From assembly GCA_963664395.2 (NCBI GenBank), contig OY761159.2, positions 2,496,001 through 2,560,000 of the forward strand: 64,000 bases of DNA. Direction: 5' to 3'. Positions 59,776-64,000 of the stretch are shown piece by piece. Both the position numbers and the translations under genes were made by a program. Origin of the DNA: Candidatus Binatia bacterium. Lineage in GTDB: Bacteria; Desulfobacterota; Binatia; Bin18. The notes under the pieces are model-generated. The model was given only the letters and a program-made list of their open reading frames with translations, searched no databases and was not told where the DNA came from. How positions within the stretch are numbered: the stretch's first letter is position 1; each line of letters starts with the position of its first letter.

Positions 59776-61959
59776 CTAGTGCTGCGCCCACCGCCTGAGC
59801 GCCGACAGGCCAGTACTCGGCCGCACCTCGTTCTGCCACTGCTCGCAGAGCACGGCCAGCGGCGCTTTCAGGGCGGGTAACGGGTCTGCCCCTGGTGTCA
59901 TCCCGGCCGTCTTCTCTCGCAGCCAGGAGAGCGTTTCATCCAGACTCGTAAACGATCCGGAAAGAAACGCCTGCCGAAGCTGCGCGATCGTTTTATGATC
60001 AAAAACGTGTTTTTGGTCGAGATCAATAATATCGGAAAGGAGTAAGCCGGCCTCACTCAGACGACAGTCGAGACGAGCCAGGAGATCGTTATAGACGTGT
60101 CCGGCCACGGCCTCGGCTTTGGTCCGCACGTCATTCAAGAGCGCTCTCCCGCGGAGGGAGGCATCTGCTTCTTGTGGCACAAGCTGGCAGTAAAATTTCA
60201 GTTTCGGCTCCGTGCCCGACGGACGGATGATAACGACACCGCCGTCTGTCACGATCCGTAAGACATTCCGGGGGAGCTTATCCGTTTCGCTCACAAAGGG
60301 TCCGAAACGTTTCTCGTCCCAGTAATCAATACAATTTTTGACGACAAACCCACCAAGCTGCTGTGGGGGCGTTTCACGCAGAGATTGCATCAGCCGGTCT
60401 CGGCGCAGCACCCCCTCCGCTCCTGTCAGCATGATGGATCGATTGATGTCCGCATACCCGCCCAACTCTTCCAGAATGTGGATATAGTAGTCGAGCAGCG
60501 TCTTGCCCTCCTGGCGGAGCTGTTGGTAGAGCGTTGCGAGGTATAGGCACGCTGGCGCGGCATCTTTATCTTTGATGTGCGGGACGAGCATGCCTCCATG
60601 GCTTTCCTCGACCGCTAAGACCAGTTGCTCGGGCGCACACTGAACGGTGCGATAGTTGCCGGTTTGCTCTAACGCTTTTAAGACAGCAGCAACATACTTG
60701 AATCCTACGAGCAGGTCGTCAATGATCCATGAATCGCCTGCCTGGGTCACAATCTGGCCAAGCAGCCGAGTTGTCACCAAGGTCTCAATGACCAATCCTC
60801 TCCGCTGAGGACCTCTGGGATCAAGCATCAGAAAATAGCACAGGGTTGAAGCAATCTGGTTCCCATCAAAATGATACCAGGTGCCATCGGGCAATTTGAC
60901 CTCAAGACCAACTCTATCTGCATCAGGATCACTGGAGAGGACAACGCCTATCCCGTGCTCATCGGCAAAGGCTTTTGCCGGCTCGGTCGCGTGTGGGACT
61001 TCGGGGTTTGGAACTCTAAAAGGAATGGCGGAAAAAGTCCCATCCGGCCCTTGATCGGGCGGGGTCCGAACCGGAAAACCAAGACGTCCCAGCACCTCTC
61101 CCACCGTCATCAGCCCACAGCCACCGAGCGGGGTAAACACCACCGGATACGCCGGCAGCGGCGTATGAATCTTGCCATACAGCCGCACATAGGTCTGTAT
61201 GTATTCCTCATGAAGCTGGCCCGGAATGCTGCGAATCATGTCCTGACTCAGGGCCTGCTCGAAGGGGACGGAGCGAATTTTAGTGGCCTGGTCCATAATA
61301 TCAACCAGACGTTGGTCGTCTGGGGCCACCGGCTGGCTGCCATAGTGGTCATAGACCTTAATGCCGTTATCGTCAGGCGGATTATGCGAGGCTGACAGAT
61401 TCATTCCGCCCACTGCACCCAGCTGACCAATCAGATAGGACAGTTCCGGCGTTGTCAGCACTGCCGTCTCGTTTGTCGGCTCGGCGAAATACGTGACAAT
61501 GCCGTTGCCGGCATAAATCTCACACGCCAATTTGCCCAGTGATCGAGACGATACGCCTAAGAGTGGATGGTCGTTACCCAGAAAATCATACACGCCCGCA
61601 CTGTCATGAAACACACGGACATCGTTCGCAACGACTACAGCCAGCTCAGTTCGGTCGATAAACACTGACTCGAGGTATTGACAATGCCCCTGGACGGTCA
61701 TGGCAACCGTTGTCGGATTCATGCGATTCGACCCGTAGCCAACGCGGCCGCGTCGGCCACCCGTCCCAAACGGGAGGACCTGCCAGAAGGCGTCAAACAC
61801 TAACGCCAGATGGTCTTCATCGAGATGCCGGGCCAGAATTTCGGGATAGGCATACGGAACTTGACTCGCTAACCAGCTCTGGAGGCGTTCATTCGCCTGC
61901 TGCCCGCGCGCTCCATATTCCTGTCCCAGCCGCTCACCTATCCGTGCTCCCTTCGTCAT
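59776..61959 (-). CDS. Phosphoglucomutase/phosphomannomutase family protein with C-terminal extension
   Basis: FGTGGRRG, SASHNP, DPDADR, EESHG, RPSGTEPKLK.Y. Confidence 0.9.
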   Translation of the reverse strand: MTKGARIGERLGQEYGARGQQANERLQSWLASQVPYAYPEILARHLDEDHLALVFDAFWQVLPFGTGGRRGRVGYGSNRMNPTTVAMTVQGHCQYLESVFIDRTELAVVVANDVRVFHDSAGVYDFLGNDHPLLGVSSRSLGKLACEIYAGNGIVTYFAEPTNETAVLTTPELSYLIGQLGAVGGMNLSASHNPPDDNGIKVYDHYGSQPVAPDDQRLVDIMDQATKIRSVPFEQALSQDMIRSIPGQLHEEYIQTYVRLYGKIHTPLPAYPVVFTPLGGCGLMTVGEVLGRLGFPVRTPPDQGPDGTFSAIPFRVPNPEVPHATEPAKAFADEHGIGVVLSSDPDADRVGLEVKLPDGTWYHFDGNQIASTLCYFLMLDPRGPQRRGLVIETLVTTRLLGQIVTQAGDSWIIDDLLVGFKYVAAVLKALEQTGNYRTVQCAPEQLVLAVEESHGGMLVPHIKDKDAAPACLYLATLYQQLRQEGKTLLDYYIHILEELGGYADINRSIMLTGAEGVLRRDRLMQSLRETPPQQLGGFVVKNCIDYWDEKRFGPFVSETDKLPRNVLRIVTDGGVVIIRPSGTEPKLKFYCQLVPQEADASLRGRALLNDVRTKAEAVAGHVYNDLLARLDCRLSEAGLLLSDIIDLDQKHVFDHKTIAQLRQAFLSGSFTSLDETLSWLREKTAGMTPGADPLPALKAPLAVLCEQWQNEVRPSTGLSALRRWAQH

Positions 61960-62995
61960 GCCTACTCCTGTCCATCTCACCTTTTCCTCCCCCTGGGAGG
62001 GCGGCCGTCTGCGTCCGTTGCGTCATGTCTGCCGCAAGCGTCAGAGCCGCCTGCATACTGCGCGGGCTGGCTTTGTTGTGGCCCGCAATATCGAGAGCCA
62101 CGCCGTGATCGGGTGAAGTGCGAACGATGGGCAACCCCAGCGTGATGTTTACCCCGTCTTCCCAGGATAACAGTTTGAGCGGGATTAAGGCTTGATCGTG
62201 ATACTGACAGATCACTGCGTCAAATTCGCCATTCACCGCCCGCACAAAAACAGTATCCGCCGGCAGCGGCCCTGTCACGTCGAATCCTTGGGTCCGGGCA
62301 CGCTCGACAGCCGGTCGAATAAGCCGCTGTTCTTCATCTCCGAACGCGCCGGCTTCGCCCGCGTGCGGATTAAGGCCGGCTACCGCCAAACGTGGATGCG
62401 GCAGGCCGTGAAAACGCTTCAAATGCTCGGCCGCTAACGTGATGGTTTTTTCAATCCGCTCACACGAGAGTGCATGCGGGACCTGGGCCAGGGGCATATG
62501 CGTGGTCACCAGAATCACGCGCAGCTGCTTCCCAGCCAGCATCATCCGGACTTCGGGCGTGTCCGTCAACGCGGCCAGGAGTTCGGTATGGCCGGGGTAG
62601 GGATGGCCGGTGGCATGCCACATGGCTTTGCTGATCGGTGCGGTGACCAGCCCGTCGAGCGTCTTTTCCAAGGTGAAACGAACGCCGCTTTCCACGTAGC
62701 GATACGAGGCGTCACTTCCGCCGGGAGTGAGTTGGCCTGGGACGCGTTCGTCCGGTGCAAGCTGGGAGAGGGCGAGGACGGGTATATGCCGCGAGTCAGT
62801 TGGAAAGGAATCGCCAACCTGCCACTGATACGGGAGGAGGGAGGACGCCAGCCGGGTCGCGGTCTCCTGTATAACCGCAAGATCTCCAAGGACGACCGCC
62901 CGACAGCACGGCAGAGACGACTGGAACGCCTTCACTATTACCTCTGGCCCGACCCCGGCAGGATCGCCCATGGTCACACCAATCAGCGATTTCAT
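61934..62995 (-). CDS. pdxA: 4-hydroxythreonine-4-phosphate dehydrogenase
   Basis: MGDPAGVGPE, GHTE, LNPHAGE, YHDQ, RTSPDHG. Confidence 0.95.
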   Translation of the reverse strand: MKSLIGVTMGDPAGVGPEVIVKAFQSSLPCCRAVVLGDLAVIQETATRLASSLLPYQWQVGDSFPTDSRHIPVLALSQLAPDERVPGQLTPGGSDASYRYVESGVRFTLEKTLDGLVTAPISKAMWHATGHPYPGHTELLAALTDTPEVRMMLAGKQLRVILVTTHMPLAQVPHALSCERIEKTITLAAEHLKRFHGLPHPRLAVAGLNPHAGEAGAFGDEEQRLIRPAVERARTQGFDVTGPLPADTVFVRAVNGEFDAVICQYHDQALIPLKLLSWEDGVNITLGLPIVRTSPDHGVALDIAGHNKASPRSMQAALTLAADMTQRTQTAALPGGGKGEMDRSRHDEGSTDR

Positions 62996-63025
62996 AGGAA
63001 CGACAGTACTACGGGAAGGTGTTCT

Positions 63026-64000
63026 TTAGAACGGCCAGAGCCAACCGAGTACACCCTTTTTCTGTGCGGTCTCCAGGCGGTCCGGAGCAACGTCTTCCAC
63101 CTCGGCATCTAAAACGGAACTCGTCTGTGTAATGCCCGCGCCAAAATCTTCCGGGGCTTCGAGGAAGTTTTCCACGTGATGCCGGAAGCGGAGGTCTTCA
63201 TTAAACCAACGCGCATAGCGATCACGTAACGCCTCACTATAGAGCTTGTTTTTGATCTCCTCGGAGACGGTCTCAAGGGGTTGCAGGCCCGCGTTCCGTT
63301 TATCTTCTACTTTCAGGAGATGCATCCCGGAATTGGTACGGAAAGGCTGACTGATATCGCCATTTTCTAAGGAAAAGGCGACCTGTTCGATGCCTTCGGG
63401 CATTTGTCCCCGTTCAAAATAGCCAAGGTCCCCCCCACTGCCCGCGCCTGGCCCACCGGAGTATTGGTCTGCCAGATTGCCGAAATTTTCTCCTGCCAGC
63501 GCGCGCTGACGGACTTGGTACACCACCCCAATCGCTTCCTGTTCCTCTGCCTCGTTCGCAGAGGGCGATAACGGCCGGAAAACATGGCGTACACGAATCT
63601 GCGCGGGTTGGGTGTACTCATCGATATGCTCATCATAGTAGCGTTGTACATCCTCAGGCGTGACATTCACCTTAGCGCCAATCTCGCGGCTCATTAAAAT
63701 TGCTTGTTCCACCTCACTCGCAACCCGGGTGCGGTATTTCTCCATGCTCATGTTCTGCTCAATCAGGGCGGCTTCAAATTCTTGATCACTTAAATTGCTC
63801 TGCGCTTGGATCCGCGCAATATAGCTGTCAATATCCGCCTTCTTGGCTTTCAAGCCCTGCGCTTCCACTTCTCTCCTGATCAACTTCTGCATGACGAGCG
63901 CGTCCAGGACTTCCTTATCCGACATCCCCGTTGCCCCACCGGACGGTGCCAGCGGACTCGACCCTGCCACTGCCCGAAAGCCTTGCATCTCATGTGAGGT
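63026..64000 (-). CDS. surA: SurA-like parvulin PPIase/chaperone; 5' end beyond the window
   Basis: IRVRHV, F..LA..YS, GGDLGYF, IS.PF....G.H..KV; upstream of pdxA; the frame stays open to the edge. Confidence 0.8.
   Translation of the reverse strand, partial: TSHEMQGFRAVAGSSPLAPSGGATGMSDKEVLDALVMQKLIRREVEAQGLKAKKADIDSYIARIQAQSNLSDQEFEAALIEQNMSMEKYRTRVASEVEQAILMSREIGAKVNVTPEDVQRYYDEHIDEYTQPAQIRVRHVFRPLSPSANEAEEQEAIGVVYQVRQRALAGENFGNLADQYSGGPGAGSGGDLGYFERGQMPEGIEQVAFSLENGDISQPFRTNSGMHLLKVEDKRNAGLQPLETVSEEIKNKLYSEALRDRYARWFNEDLRFRHHVENFLEAPEDFGAGITQTSSVLDAEVEDVAPDRLETAQKKGVLGWLWPF

Noticed and set aside
1-64000. CRISPR array, tRNA/rRNA, integrase or transposase
   Set aside because: I noticed no regularly spaced repeats, cloverleaf/T-loop signatures or recombinase/transposase motifs. 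A by-eye scan could miss short or degenerate cases.

Overview
This is a bacterial chromosome segment of moderately high GC by eye. The gene set (ffh-rpsP-khpA-rimM-trmD-SPOUT-rplS, CxxxY-type ccm operon) suggests a deltaproteobacterium/Binatia-like organism; this is an inference. The left 10.7 kb is a DNA-phosphorothioation island. It holds a divergent cysteine desulfurase (cut by the edge), sspB/sspC/sspD-like genes, a second desulfurase remnant, an AT-richer hypothetical/GIY-YIG/DGQHR(DndB-like) module, a truncated sulfur-binding-domain ORF, toxin-less antitoxins and the PT-associated methyltransferase. Metabolic genes follow, then two divergent putative structured RNAs with mutual complementarity (14.9-15.5 kb). 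A Septu-like ATPase/HNH cassette is bracketed by a duplicated cyclase 3' end, next to decayed dam and htpX fragments that may be an assembly artefact. Further right are menA, a peptide ABC transporter, clpP, an AbiE-like/nucleotidyltransferase/Mrr-like islet and trxB. An uncharacterised 7-gene operon (40.6-47.7 kb) combines a GlmL-like ASKHA protein with several membrane proteins. The window ends with the ribosomal/ffh cluster, cytochrome c maturation genes and surA-pdxA-pgm-yvcK-IMPase. No tRNA, rRNA, CRISPR array, integrase or transposase was recognised. All family calls come from motif recognition by eye, with no database searches.
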